DNA from: Patescibacteria group bacterium
Lineage (GTDB): Bacteria > Patescibacteriota > JAHJAL01
NCBI GenBank assembly: GCA_049322675.1
Contig: JBMORM010000017.1
Span: 3,928 to 67,927 of the forward strand
Length of the DNA stretch: 64,000 bases
Reading direction: 5' to 3'
A program made the position numbers and the translations under genes. Shown in pieces: positions 39,462 through 49,005 of the stretch; position 1 is the first letter of the stretch; every line of letters begins with the position of its first letter. Under the pieces are notes generated by a model, which saw only the letters and a program-made list of their open reading frames with translations, did not search any database and had not been told where the DNA came from.

Positions 39462-41225
39462 TTATAAAACTGATTTTTGATAACAACTTTCGCAATAAAC
39501 CTTCTCCGTTCGCTCCGGCGCATAAGTAGTTTCAAATTCATTTGTGCATCTGCCTTGATGTTGACACTCGCTCTTTCTAGTTAATTGTTCATTGTTAATT
39601 GTTAATTTCCCCTCACACATGCATTGTCTGTGCCAAAGTTTTCTCGGATTGAGTTTGGCCAGGCGATCGATGTGTCGCTGGTCGGGATGTCGGCGAGGGA
39701 TTTGAATATTTCTTTCGATATATTGGGCGAGTTCTTGGGGTAGGATTTTGAAAGGTCGGCCGGTAATTTCACATTTTAAAATACTTTTCAGACAATTGTC
39801 TATTTCTGTTTGCGCTTCGGGATTACTTTGAGGGTTGTAAATAGAAATGTCTTTCGGTTCATAGAATGGTCCGTCATATTTTATACCATAGTCATTATCT
39901 TGCCATTTGGCATTGATTTTTTCGGCTTGATTTTTTGTTAGAGGAAAATATTCCATCGCGACGGTTTCGTTGTAGCCGAAGGGGGAAATGTTCATGGGAA
40001 AAAATTGTCCCCATTCGTTGGTCTTTTCCATATGATTAATAATTTGTGGGACTAGTTTTTCGTATTCTTTTTTGCTGTATTGTTTGTTTAGAATGCAATA
40101 TTGTTTGTGATTGAGACCGACGCAGCCAAAGAGGTTTTGACTGTTGAAATTGGCAAAAGAATAAAGACAATCTTGACTGGCGACCAGATGGGCGCAAAAG
40201 CTGCTGCGAGGGATTTGAAAAGCTGAACAGATTTGGTAGTTTAGCTCGCTCCAACCGAGTGAGCTGATATCCATTGAATCTTTGAGTTCGTATCCGATAG
40301 AAATATTTTTGCAATTATCAGATTTATCAAAATAAAATCCATGGGAAACATTGCGGCAATTTTTCAAATGATCTCCAGTGCAGTTTTCGCAAAAGATTAG
40401 ATCGGCAAATTTGTAGCGATATTTTTTTAGGTGATTATTGGATTCATCGATTGCTTTGTTGACTCCTGTTGAACTGGATAAATATTCTTTGATTTTTTCA
40501 AAGTACATTTCTTTGGATAATAGCTGATTGAAAAAATAATATTTTTTGTGACTGAGATTGGCTGAGGCAAAGCAATCTTTGCATTCCAGGCAGTCTTGGC
40601 AAAAATGGCAATTGTCGCAACCGGCACAATCATTTAAATATGAACTATTATTGCATTTGGCACAATTGACTGAATTGTATAAGTTTTCGCAATAACTAAT
40701 CCATTAGTTATCAATGTTATTTTTTCCATTAAGAGAGTAGGTATTGTAATAGCAGTTTTCGTTGTAATGTCCGCCGACATTGAGATAGCAATTTTTGCTT
40801 TCGGATTCATGGTTGGTAAAATCACTGTTTTCATTGTTGGTACTGACGAGACTGAGCAGTTTGCTTTTGTGCAATAGTTGATTGAATTGTTTGAAAAATG
40901 ACTGGTCAAAATTATAATTTTGACCAATGTTGACCGGGTCCCATTGGTCGGACCAAAAACAGTTGGCGCAGCAGACTTTGTAGTCTTTATCTGGTGAATA
41001 AATCGAGACTATTTCTTTTTGACAAAGATGACATTTTCTTTTGTATAATTTTCGTTCATTACGCCAGACTAGACGCTGTTGTTCGCGACATTGTGGACAG
41101 AGAGAGGGGAGAGGAATTGGAAACTTTTTTTCGTTTGTTTCAGGGGATATTTTAGTCAAAAGAGCAATATCTTCGTTGGTGATAGAGAAATTGATCTGAC
41201 ATTGAGAGCAAATTTTTGATTCCAT
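39462..41225 (-). pseudogene. CPR-type Cys-rich/zinc-ribbon protein (about 587 aa) with one in-frame TAA at 40704-40706
   Basis: Reading through the stop gives ...NNIDN*WISYCENLYNSVNCAKC...KEMYFEK, joining ORFs 41225-40704 and 40508-39462 in one frame. Confidence 0.85.
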
Positions 41226-41346
41226 GCTGAGTTTGGTTTATTGTTGTGTTTTTATTTTATCTTTTTTGTAATTTTTTTTCTAATTTATGGTTTGAAAATT
41301 GGTGGAGGGAGTGTTACGCTATCTATAGATTTTAAAGGAGGCAAAA

Positions 41347-41865
41347 ATGGTAATGAGTTGGAATATATTTATTGTCTTTTGCGTTCTGGTATCGGTGCTC
41401 TATGGCTTTATTTTGCAGAGAAACAAAATTATTTTGAGTTTGATAAATGTCTATATTGCTTTGGCAGTGGTGACAGTTGTTGGTCCCAGTTTTAACAATT
41501 TGATGCAGAAGGTGGGGTTGGTGATGCTAAATGAAAGCATCTCCGGGAGGTTATTTAGTTTGTTTTTAACGCAAACTTTTTTGTTTGTTTCGTTAATCTT
41601 GCTATTGTCGATTAGAGCGGAACATGCACAAGCGATGGCCGACGTTAAAGTTAGTCATCCGATGATATTGTCCTTTGTTTATAGTGTTTTGTTTGCTTTG
41701 ATCGTGGCATCCACAATAATTTCGTTCTTATCTCCCGAATTACAGGCCAATATCAATTCTCAATCCAATATTATCTCTTGGATTATGGCGCAAAAATCGC
41801 TTTGGATTATTTTTCCGGTTGTTCTTATGATTGTTTCTAGTTATTTTATAGTGCCTGAAGAATAA
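41347..41865 (+). CDS. CvpA-like membrane protein
   Basis: About 5 TM; aaggagg RBS. Confidence 0.55.
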   Translation: MVMSWNIFIVFCVLVSVLYGFILQRNKIILSLINVYIALAVVTVVGPSFNNLMQKVGLVMLNESISGRLFSLFLTQTFLFVSLILLLSIRAEHAQAMADVKVSHPMILSFVYSVLFALIVASTIISFLSPELQANINSQSNIISWIMAQKSLWIIFPVVLMIVSSYFIVPEE

Positions 41866-41996
41866 TTTTTTTCTTGCCAAGAACGTGTTTTGACTGTTAA
41901 GATGTTATTGTCGCTGTTTAGGTATGCAGTGATGTCTTAAAAAAATACAAGTTTCAAGTACCAAGGCTCAAGTTTCAAGATTTCGAATGTATTTAC

Positions 41997-42104
41997 ACAA
42001 AAAAATTGTCGCAGAAATTTTTTTGTAGAGGAGGAGGCGTTCTGGTGGTGAAGTGAGAGACAGTATGTCTGGCTCGCACGCAACGTTAAGAACGACTTTG
42101 ACGA
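41997..42104 (+). ncRNA. Candidate structured RNA abutting tRNA-Lys 5' end (copy 1)
   Basis: Co-linear with the reverse complement of 62135-62247; compensatory stem changes. Confidence 0.55.
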
Positions 42105-42177
42105 GGGTGCATAGCTCAGTCGGTAGAGCAGCTGCCTTTTAAGCAGAAGGTCGGAGGTTCGAATCCCCCTGCACCCA
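42105..42177 (+). tRNA. tRNA-Lys(TTT)
   Basis: GGGTGCA/TGCACCC acceptor; loop CT-TTT-AA. Confidence 0.95.
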
Positions 42178-42428
42178 TTTTTTTGGGAAATTCCGGTTTT
42201 GACGGTTAAAATTCATATTTAACCGTTTTTTTGTGTTAAGAAAGCATATTATTTGCAAAAAAGATATTGAAATATCGGTTGGGTTGAAATTTTTTATTAT
42301 TCGTTATTGTTGATTATTTATTAAAAATTTGAGGAAGACAGAAATTTATTTGTGTAATCTTGCTATTTTTATCTTTAAGGGAAATGTTTATACTTAGATA
42401 AGTAATAATTTGATTTAAATATATAAAA

Positions 42429-44558
42429 ATGAATCATATTAAATGGTCTTTGATCGTCTTGATTTTGTTTTCGTTTTTTCCTTGGACAGCCAAAGCTGAC
42501 AAATTTTTGGGATCTGATTTGGTGATAAAATTGCAGGATGGGGTAACGGTGGAGGATTTTTTATTGGCAAATAATATAAATATTGATCAGATAAAAATTG
42601 GGCGTAATGGATATATTTTAGTAAAAGCGGAAAGTAGTCGAGCAAATGTTTTAGGAGTGGAAAATTGGAAGAAAATTGATCGAGTGATGGCTGATGGAGA
42701 AGCGACGATTTTGGTTACCAAGCCAAATGATCCATATTATGTTGATTCTGAAGATATGCAGTGGAATTTAAAGAAGATTGGGATGGAGACTGTTTGGGAT
42801 AATTATAAAGGAACGACAGAGGTGGTGGTGGCAGTGGTTGATACTGGTCTAAATTTTCGTCATGAAGATATGTCCAATTTGATTTGGGTTAATGATGATG
42901 AAATACCAAATAACGAGATTGATGATGATGGCAACGGTTTTGTCGATGATTATAACGGATACAATTTTATTAGCACATCTGGAAATATTGATGATGACAA
43001 TGATCATGGAACGGCTGTTTCTTCGATTATTGCTGCTAATACCAATAATGGTACGGGAATGGCGGGAGTGTGTTGGAAAGCGCGAATTATGCCTTTGAAA
43101 GTCGCAAACGCGGGTGGTTCGGCTAGTTTATTTGATATTGCCCAGGCAATATATTATGCGGTTGACAATGGTGCCAAGGTGATAAATCTTAGTTTAGGGG
43201 CAATGATAGACCAGGAAGATATGAGAGAGTCGGTACAATATGCCAAAGAAAAGGGAGTGGTGTTGGTAGCGGCAGCTGGAAATTCGGAAAGTAGTGGTCA
43301 AAGCGTGAATTCTTTGTATTATCCAGCCAATTATCCTTCCGTAATTGCAGTTGGAGCAACTGATGTTAATGACGAAATAGCTTCTTTGGGAAATTCTTCT
43401 TTCATGTCTCATCGGGGAAAAAATTTGGATTTGGTGGCGCCGGGAGTAGATGTATTGGCGGCAACCAGCGGTCGAGACGGTGATTCGTATGCAAAGTATG
43501 ATGGTACTTCTATGTCAGTGCCACAGGTAGTTGGAGCGACTGTTTTGTTGTGGGAAAAAAATATCGGTTTATCTGGAGATGAGGTCGAAACGGCGATTAA
43601 GTCGTCGGTAAAAAAAGTAGCTGATATGACCGGTGACTTTGATGAAAGATATGGAAATGGGCGATTGGATATATTGGCTGCTTTGGATTCGGTGAAAGCG
43701 TATGTTCCGGATGATGAAGAAGATGAGCCCGATCAAACGATTCCGGCAGAAGATAATGATGACGAAGATGATTCAAGTAGTGATTATAATCCTGCTGATT
43801 TTGGAAAAGATTTTTCGGCGAAGTGGGTTAAACAATCAAATTATTGGTATTTGCGACCTGGTGAAAAGAGAAAGGTTTGGATTGAATTCAAAAATAACGG
43901 TGATGCTTTGTGGCAACTTGATGGTAATAATGCCGTTCATCTGGGAACAGACCGAAATTTTGATCGATTAAGCCGTTTTTATGATCAAAATACTTGGTTG
44001 ACGGCGAATCGTTTGCGGGCGATCAATAATAAAAGTGTGCGACCGGGTGAGATTATGAGATTTGAATTTGAAATTGTGGCGCCTTACCAGGAAGGTTCTT
44101 ATAATGAATACTTTCGATTGGTGGCGGAAAATAAAAAATGGTTAAATGATTTGGGAGTGTTTTGGAATTTTACTGTGACCAATAAGGAAATTTACTCGTC
44201 AGCTTGGGTTGATCAGTCAGGATATTTGACTTTAAAACAAGATGAAAAAGGTAGTAGTTGGTTTGATTTTGTAAATAATGGTACGGCGGTATGGTATAGA
44301 GATGGTGATAATGCGGTTCATCTGGGAACTGATCGGATTAAAGATAGGTATAGTTCATTTTATGATTCTAACACTTGGTTGGGGCCAAACCGGATAGTAT
44401 TGAAGCAGTCGCAGGTAAATCCGGGGGAAATAGGTCGTTTTGGTTTTGATGTTTTTCCGAAAAACAAGGGCACTTTTACTGAATATTTTAGGCCCTTGGT
44501 GGAAAATAAAGAATGGTTGTCTGACCAAGGAGTGTTTTTGCAGTATTTGGTATATTAA
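42429..44558 (+). CDS. Secreted subtilisin-like S8 protease with two C-terminal NBR1-Ig-like repeats
   Basis: VAVVDTG, DHGT, AAAGN, GTSMSVP catalytic motifs; acidic linker; two repeats. Confidence 0.93.
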   Translation: MNHIKWSLIVLILFSFFPWTAKADKFLGSDLVIKLQDGVTVEDFLLANNINIDQIKIGRNGYILVKAESSRANVLGVENWKKIDRVMADGEATILVTKPNDPYYVDSEDMQWNLKKIGMETVWDNYKGTTEVVVAVVDTGLNFRHEDMSNLIWVNDDEIPNNEIDDDGNGFVDDYNGYNFISTSGNIDDDNDHGTAVSSIIAANTNNGTGMAGVCWKARIMPLKVANAGGSASLFDIAQAIYYAVDNGAKVINLSLGAMIDQEDMRESVQYAKEKGVVLVAAAGNSESSGQSVNSLYYPANYPSVIAVGATDVNDEIASLGNSSFMSHRGKNLDLVAPGVDVLAATSGRDGDSYAKYDGTSMSVPQVVGATVLLWEKNIGLSGDEVETAIKSSVKKVADMTGDFDERYGNGRLDILAALDSVKAYVPDDEEDEPDQTIPAEDNDDEDDSSSDYNPADFGKDFSAKWVKQSNYWYLRPGEKRKVWIEFKNNGDALWQLDGNNAVHLGTDRNFDRLSRFYDQNTWLTANRLRAINNKSVRPGEIMRFEFEIVAPYQEGSYNEYFRLVAENKKWLNDLGVFWNFTVTNKEIYSSAWVDQSGYLTLKQDEKGSSWFDFVNNGTAVWYRDGDNAVHLGTDRIKDRYSSFYDSNTWLGPNRIVLKQSQVNPGEIGRFGFDVFPKNKGTFTEYFRPLVENKEWLSDQGVFLQYLVY

Positions 44559-44577
44559 TTGTATTGTTTTGTTTTTG

Positions 44578-44618
44578 AAAAAGACCGAATTTGATCTATT
44601 AAATCGGTCTTTTTTTTT
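44578..44618. terminator. Bidirectional terminator between convergent genes
   Basis: aaaaagaccga...tcggtcttttt. Confidence 0.7.
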
Positions 44619-44647
44619 GGTGATTTTGATAAGGAAAATGATTGTTG

Positions 44648-46441
44648 TTACTCGTTGTCTCGTTTGATGATTTGGATGAAAGCGTCTTGAGGGATTTCTA
44701 CTTTGCCAAATTTTTGCATGCGCTTTTTCCCTTTTTTCTGTTTTTCCCAAAGTTTGCGTTTGCGGGAAATATCTCCGCCGTAAAGATATCCGGTTACGTC
44801 TTTTTTGAGGGCGGGTATATCTTCTCTGGCAATAATTTTGGTACCAATGGCGGCTTGAATTGGTATTTTTATTTGTTGTCTGGGTATGATTTCTTTCAGT
44901 TTTTTCGTGATATGACGTCCTAAATATTCAGCTTTTTGTCGGTGGACGATTAGAGATAGAGATTCAATTATGTCATCGTTGACAATAATATTGAGTTTGA
45001 TTAGGTCTTCTTGTCGATAACCGATTAGGTCGTAGTTTAATGAAGCATAACCTTGGGAAATGGATTTCAGTTGGTCGTAGTAGTCGGTTATGAGTTCTGA
45101 GAGTGGAATTTCAAAGATAAGCATCGAACGGTTTTCTCCGAGAAATTGGTTGTTGATATAATTTCCCCGGTGTTTTTTGGTCATTTCGATGATTGAGCCA
45201 ATGTATTGATTGGGAGTGATAATTTCGGTTTTTGTCCAAGGTTCTTTAATAGTTTTAATATTGGTGGCATCGGGTAGTTCGACCGGGTTTTTTATGGTGA
45301 TTTCGGTGTTGTCATTGAGAGTGATTTGGTAATTAACAGTGGGAGTGGTCAAAATGACATTGAGGTCAAATTCTCGAGATAATCTTTCTTTGATAATTTC
45401 AATGTGTAATAATCCAAGAAATCCACAGCGAAAACCAGGTCCGAGGGCGGGTGACATTTCAGGTTGGAAAGTAAAGGAAGCGTCGTTGAGCGACAATTTG
45501 TCCACAGCGTCTTTGAGAGTTTGGTATTCTTTTCCTTCTTCGCAATAAATACCGGCAAAAACTTTGGGTGGAATTTCTGAATATCCGGGGAGAGGAGTTT
45601 GGGAAGGATTATTGATGGTAGTGATGGTATCACCGACACGACACTCGCCCACGCTTTTTAAACCAGTAGCAATGTATCCGATTTCACCGGTATTTAATTG
45701 TTGTTGTTCTTCGTATTGTGGTCTAAGAAAACCTAGTTGGGAAATATCGGTTTGGTGTTGGGTGGCAAGAAGATTAATAATATTTGAACGATTGATCCGG
45801 CCATTGACGATACGAACGTAGGCAATAACACCTAGATAAGAGTCGTATTTTGAATCAAAAATTAGAGCTTGGGTGGCTTGTTGATTATCTCCGGTGGGAC
45901 AAGGAATTTTTTCAATGATAGTTTGCAATAGTAGTTCGACATTTTCGCCGGTTTTGGCGCTGACCAAAATAATTTCTTCTGGTTTGAAACCAAAAGCGGT
46001 ACATATTTCTTGACTGACTTTTTCGGGTTGGGCGGCGGGCAGATCTATTTTATTGATAACTGGAATGATGTTCAAATTATGTTCGAGGGCGAGATAGGTA
46101 TTGGCGATAGTTTGTGCTTGAATGCCTTGGGTAGCGTCAACCAACAACAGGGCTCCTTCTACGGCGGCTAGGCTGCGTGATACTTCATAAGCAAAATCAA
46201 CATGACCAGGAGTGTCGATCAAATTGAGAATGTGGTTTTGGTATTCCATGCGAGCTGGAGTGAGTTTGATAGTAATACCTCTCTCTTGTTCGATATCCAT
46301 TTGATCCAATATTTGATTGCGCATTTTTCTTTTTTCGATAGTTCCGGTGATTTCCAGTAATCTGTCGGCTAAGGTAGATTTGCCGTGATCAATGTGGGCG
46401 ATAATGCAAAAGTTTCTGATTTTATCCAAGGAATAATTCAT
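44648..46441 (-). CDS. lepA: Elongation factor 4
   Basis: IRNFCIIAHIDHGKSTLADR, ERGITIK, GFRCGFLGLLH, YGGDISRKRKL. Confidence 0.98.
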   Translation of the reverse strand: MNYSLDKIRNFCIIAHIDHGKSTLADRLLEITGTIEKRKMRNQILDQMDIEQERGITIKLTPARMEYQNHILNLIDTPGHVDFAYEVSRSLAAVEGALLLVDATQGIQAQTIANTYLALEHNLNIIPVINKIDLPAAQPEKVSQEICTAFGFKPEEIILVSAKTGENVELLLQTIIEKIPCPTGDNQQATQALIFDSKYDSYLGVIAYVRIVNGRINRSNIINLLATQHQTDISQLGFLRPQYEEQQQLNTGEIGYIATGLKSVGECRVGDTITTINNPSQTPLPGYSEIPPKVFAGIYCEEGKEYQTLKDAVDKLSLNDASFTFQPEMSPALGPGFRCGFLGLLHIEIIKERLSREFDLNVILTTPTVNYQITLNDNTEITIKNPVELPDATNIKTIKEPWTKTEIITPNQYIGSIIEMTKKHRGNYINNQFLGENRSMLIFEIPLSELITDYYDQLKSISQGYASLNYDLIGYRQEDLIKLNIIVNDDIIESLSLIVHRQKAEYLGRHITKKLKEIIPRQQIKIPIQAAIGTKIIAREDIPALKKDVTGYLYGGDISRKRKLWEKQKKGKKRMQKFGKVEIPQDAFIQIIKRDNE

Positions 46442-46495
46442 GATAGATTAAGATTAGTAGATTGTTTTAATTGTGAATAAGGAAGGGTAAGGGAT

Positions 46496-47020
46496 ATGTT
46501 GATTAGAGAGTTTGTTGGAGCTGATTGTATGATTGCCAAACAAGAAGTTTTGGTGGGAAAAGTGGTGGAAGTGGTGGTAGATCCCAATCGGCCAAAAATT
46601 GTAGCCTTGATTGTGGGTCAGGATGAGAAGAAATCAAAGAGGAAAATTGTAAAAATTGCTAGTGTGATTGACGGATGGAACGGATTGGTTTGGATTAAAT
46701 CTCGAGAAAATCTGCTTGATTTTGATAAAGCAAAAATTATTGCTGATATTGTTGGGCGAGGATATCTGGTGTTGGGTCGTTGGGCCTTGAATAAAAATTT
46801 GGATAGAATTGGAAAAATAATGGATTTTGATTTTGACTTGTTGACAGGAATGATCAATAATTTTCATCTGGAAAAAGGAATAGGTTGGTGGAAGCAGAAA
46901 AGGATTATTGGCGCAAGGTTGTTTATTGAGATAATTGCTAAAGGGGTAGTATTTGATCTGGAAAGTTCAGCCGATTTGCGTTTGCAAAAAATTCAAGAAG
47001 TAGAATTGGTTATTCAATGA
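46496..47020 (+). CDS. PRC-barrel-like protein
   Basis: Two G(K)(V/I)x(E/D)xxxD motifs. Confidence 0.55.
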   Translation: MLIREFVGADCMIAKQEVLVGKVVEVVVDPNRPKIVALIVGQDEKKSKRKIVKIASVIDGWNGLVWIKSRENLLDFDKAKIIADIVGRGYLVLGRWALNKNLDRIGKIMDFDFDLLTGMINNFHLEKGIGWWKQKRIIGARLFIEIIAKGVVFDLESSADLRLQKIQEVELVIQ

Positions 47021-47919
47021 TTTTTTTGACGGTGGTATTTTTGGTGAACTTCTTTAAGATGTTTGTCGGTGAGATGGGTATATATTTGGGTAGTGGTGAT
47101 TGAACTGTGTCCAAGTAAGCTTTGGACGGAGCGAAGATCAGCGCCATTGATTAGTAAATCGGTGGCAAATGAGTGTCTTAGGGTGTGAGGAGTAACTTTT
47201 TTGACTAGGCCGGCTTTTTTGGCGGTTTTACGGATAATTCTTTGGATGGAACGGGCGGTTAGGACACTAGTGTTTTGGTTTTTTTTATGATGACTGACAA
47301 ATAAATATGGATTGATGTCTTTTCGGATAGCGAGATATTTTTTTATTGTTTGAAAACAATTGTCCGAGAGAAAAACTACTCTTGATTTGCCACCTTTGCC
47401 AGTGACAGATATTTCTTGGCGGTCGAATCCTAAATTTTCTTTGGTTAGTTTTATCAACTCACTGACTCGCAATCCTGTGCTGAAGAGTGTTTGCAATATA
47501 GCGTTATCGCGAAGGTTTTGAATGTCTTTTGCATCTTTAAATGTGGCCAAGAGTTGGTCAATTTCTTCTTGTTCCAAAAATTCTGGTGGTTCTTTTTTTT
47601 CTTTTATTAGTTCAATTTTTTCCGGACTAAATGAAGGAATATCTTTTTTTTGAAGAAATTTTAAAAAGGAGCGGAGGGCGATAAGATGGTAATTTTGGGT
47701 TTTTTGACTAATGCTTTCGTGGTGTGTGTTTTTGTGTGTTAGTAGGTGGAGTCGAAAAGTACGAATTTTTTTTTCATCAATTTCGGATACATTGATATTT
47801 TTGGTAAAATTGAGAAAACGACCAAGATAGTGAGAGTAGTTTTCGATTGTTTTTTTGCTTTTACCTTTTTCAAGTTGGCAATACTCGATAAATTGATCGA
47901 TACTTTGGCTTAGTTTCAT
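47014..47919 (-). CDS. Tyrosine recombinase XerC/XerD family
   Basis: RD.AIL..L.STGLRVSEL, GKGGK.R, HTLRHSFAT, LLGH, TTQIY. Confidence 0.95.
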   Translation of the reverse strand: MKLSQSIDQFIEYCQLEKGKSKKTIENYSHYLGRFLNFTKNINVSEIDEKKIRTFRLHLLTHKNTHHESISQKTQNYHLIALRSFLKFLQKKDIPSFSPEKIELIKEKKEPPEFLEQEEIDQLLATFKDAKDIQNLRDNAILQTLFSTGLRVSELIKLTKENLGFDRQEISVTGKGGKSRVVFLSDNCFQTIKKYLAIRKDINPYLFVSHHKKNQNTSVLTARSIQRIIRKTAKKAGLVKKVTPHTLRHSFATDLLINGADLRSVQSLLGHSSITTTQIYTHLTDKHLKEVHQKYHRQKNH

Positions 47920-48024
47920 AGTGATATTTATTGTGCGACTTTTTTATTATAGTTGAATTTGTTTTTTTATTGAATTATTTTTTGAGGGAAAATTTGGTTT
48001 ATCTGGGTAAGTAATAAATTGAAT

Positions 48025-48450
48025 ATGCTATTTACTCCTCATTTATTGGCAGGGGCAGCGATTGGTTTAGCATTTGAAGATTGGTGGTGGATTATTTTTT
48101 TGTCCTTGTTGTTTCATTTGTTGTTTGATTTGATTCCGCATTTTGATCCACCGTATGAGCGAACCAAAAAGTATTATTTGTGGTCTTCGTTGGATTTATT
48201 GATAGGATGGTTAGTGGTGATGTGGATAACCAATGAAGTATTTTCTCCCTTGGTTTTGCTGGGAATGTTGGTTAGTATTCTTCCGGATGTGTTGACTTTT
48301 TTGGTTGTGTCTTTAAGACTGAGATATCTTTACGGATATGTTGAATTTCATAAGAGAATTCAAACTGATTGGTCTTTGGTTGGTGGGATGTTGATACAGT
48401 TGGGGATAGTTGCGGGGATAATATATTGGCGATTTTTTATTTACGGATAG
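48025..48450 (+). CDS. Small membrane protein, metal-dependent hydrolase-like
   Basis: H.L.GA, H.L.D.IPH, LPD, FH...Q motifs. Confidence 0.6.
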   Translation: MLFTPHLLAGAAIGLAFEDWWWIIFLSLLFHLLFDLIPHFDPPYERTKKYYLWSSLDLLIGWLVVMWITNEVFSPLVLLGMLVSILPDVLTFLVVSLRLRYLYGYVEFHKRIQTDWSLVGGMLIQLGIVAGIIYWRFFIYG

Positions 48451-48523
48451 CCTGAGATGATACAGCCGCTTCTGGATTATTTGCTTAGGATTGAATTATG
48501 ATAGATGGTAGGGACTGTTCTGA

Positions 48524-48596
48524 GCCGGAGTAGCTTTAACGGTAGAGCAATGCTTTCGTAAAGCAGAGGTTGGAGGTTCAAATCCTCTCTCCGGCT
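48524..48596 (+). tRNA. tRNA-Thr(CGT)
   Basis: GCCGGAG/CTCCGGC; loop TT-CGT-AA. Confidence 0.93.
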
Positions 48597-48636
48597 TGTT
48601 TTCTTAAGTTTTTATTAGGTAAAAAAATAAATATTT

Positions 48637-49005
48637 ATGTCAAAAGAAGAAATCAAGCAAATTGACAATTTGGGGCGAAATGTTTTTCAGGATAAAGTTG
48701 TGTTGATCAATTTTGTGGTATTGTTGGTGGTAATATTAATTACTTGGTTGTTGTGGGTAGTTTTTTATCGTAATAATCAAGTGATGATGGGCATGCCTGA
48801 TTACTTTAGTTTTTTGCAACAAAATCAGTTTTTGTCTCGATATGTGTTGCCAATATTTGGTAGTGTGGTGGCCATAACACATTTGATAATCGCTTTATTT
48901 TCATATCGCTCAGAGAAATTGGTCACTTATTTTTTGTTGGGCTCGGCTATATTTATTGAAATACTTATAACCATAACGGTTATTTATTATATGTCTTATG
49001 TCTAG
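48637..49005 (+). CDS. Hypothetical 3-TM protein
   Basis: 122-aa ORF overlapping the GT2 start. Confidence 0.65.
   Translation: MSKEEIKQIDNLGRNVFQDKVVLINFVVLLVVILITWLLWVVFYRNNQVMMGMPDYFSFLQQNQFLSRYVLPIFGSVVAITHLIIALFSYRSEKLVTYFLLGSAIFIEILITITVIYYMSYV

Noticed and set aside
40704-40706. Stop-codon reassignment or DGR mutagenesis explaining the internal stop
   Set aside because: TAA, TAG and TGA all terminate conserved genes here; no reverse transcriptase or TR/VR pair is visible.
47014-47919. Tyrosine recombinase as a prophage or island integrase
   Set aside because: Size and motifs fit housekeeping XerC/D; neighbours are chromosomal genes; no att duplication of a tRNA end was seen.
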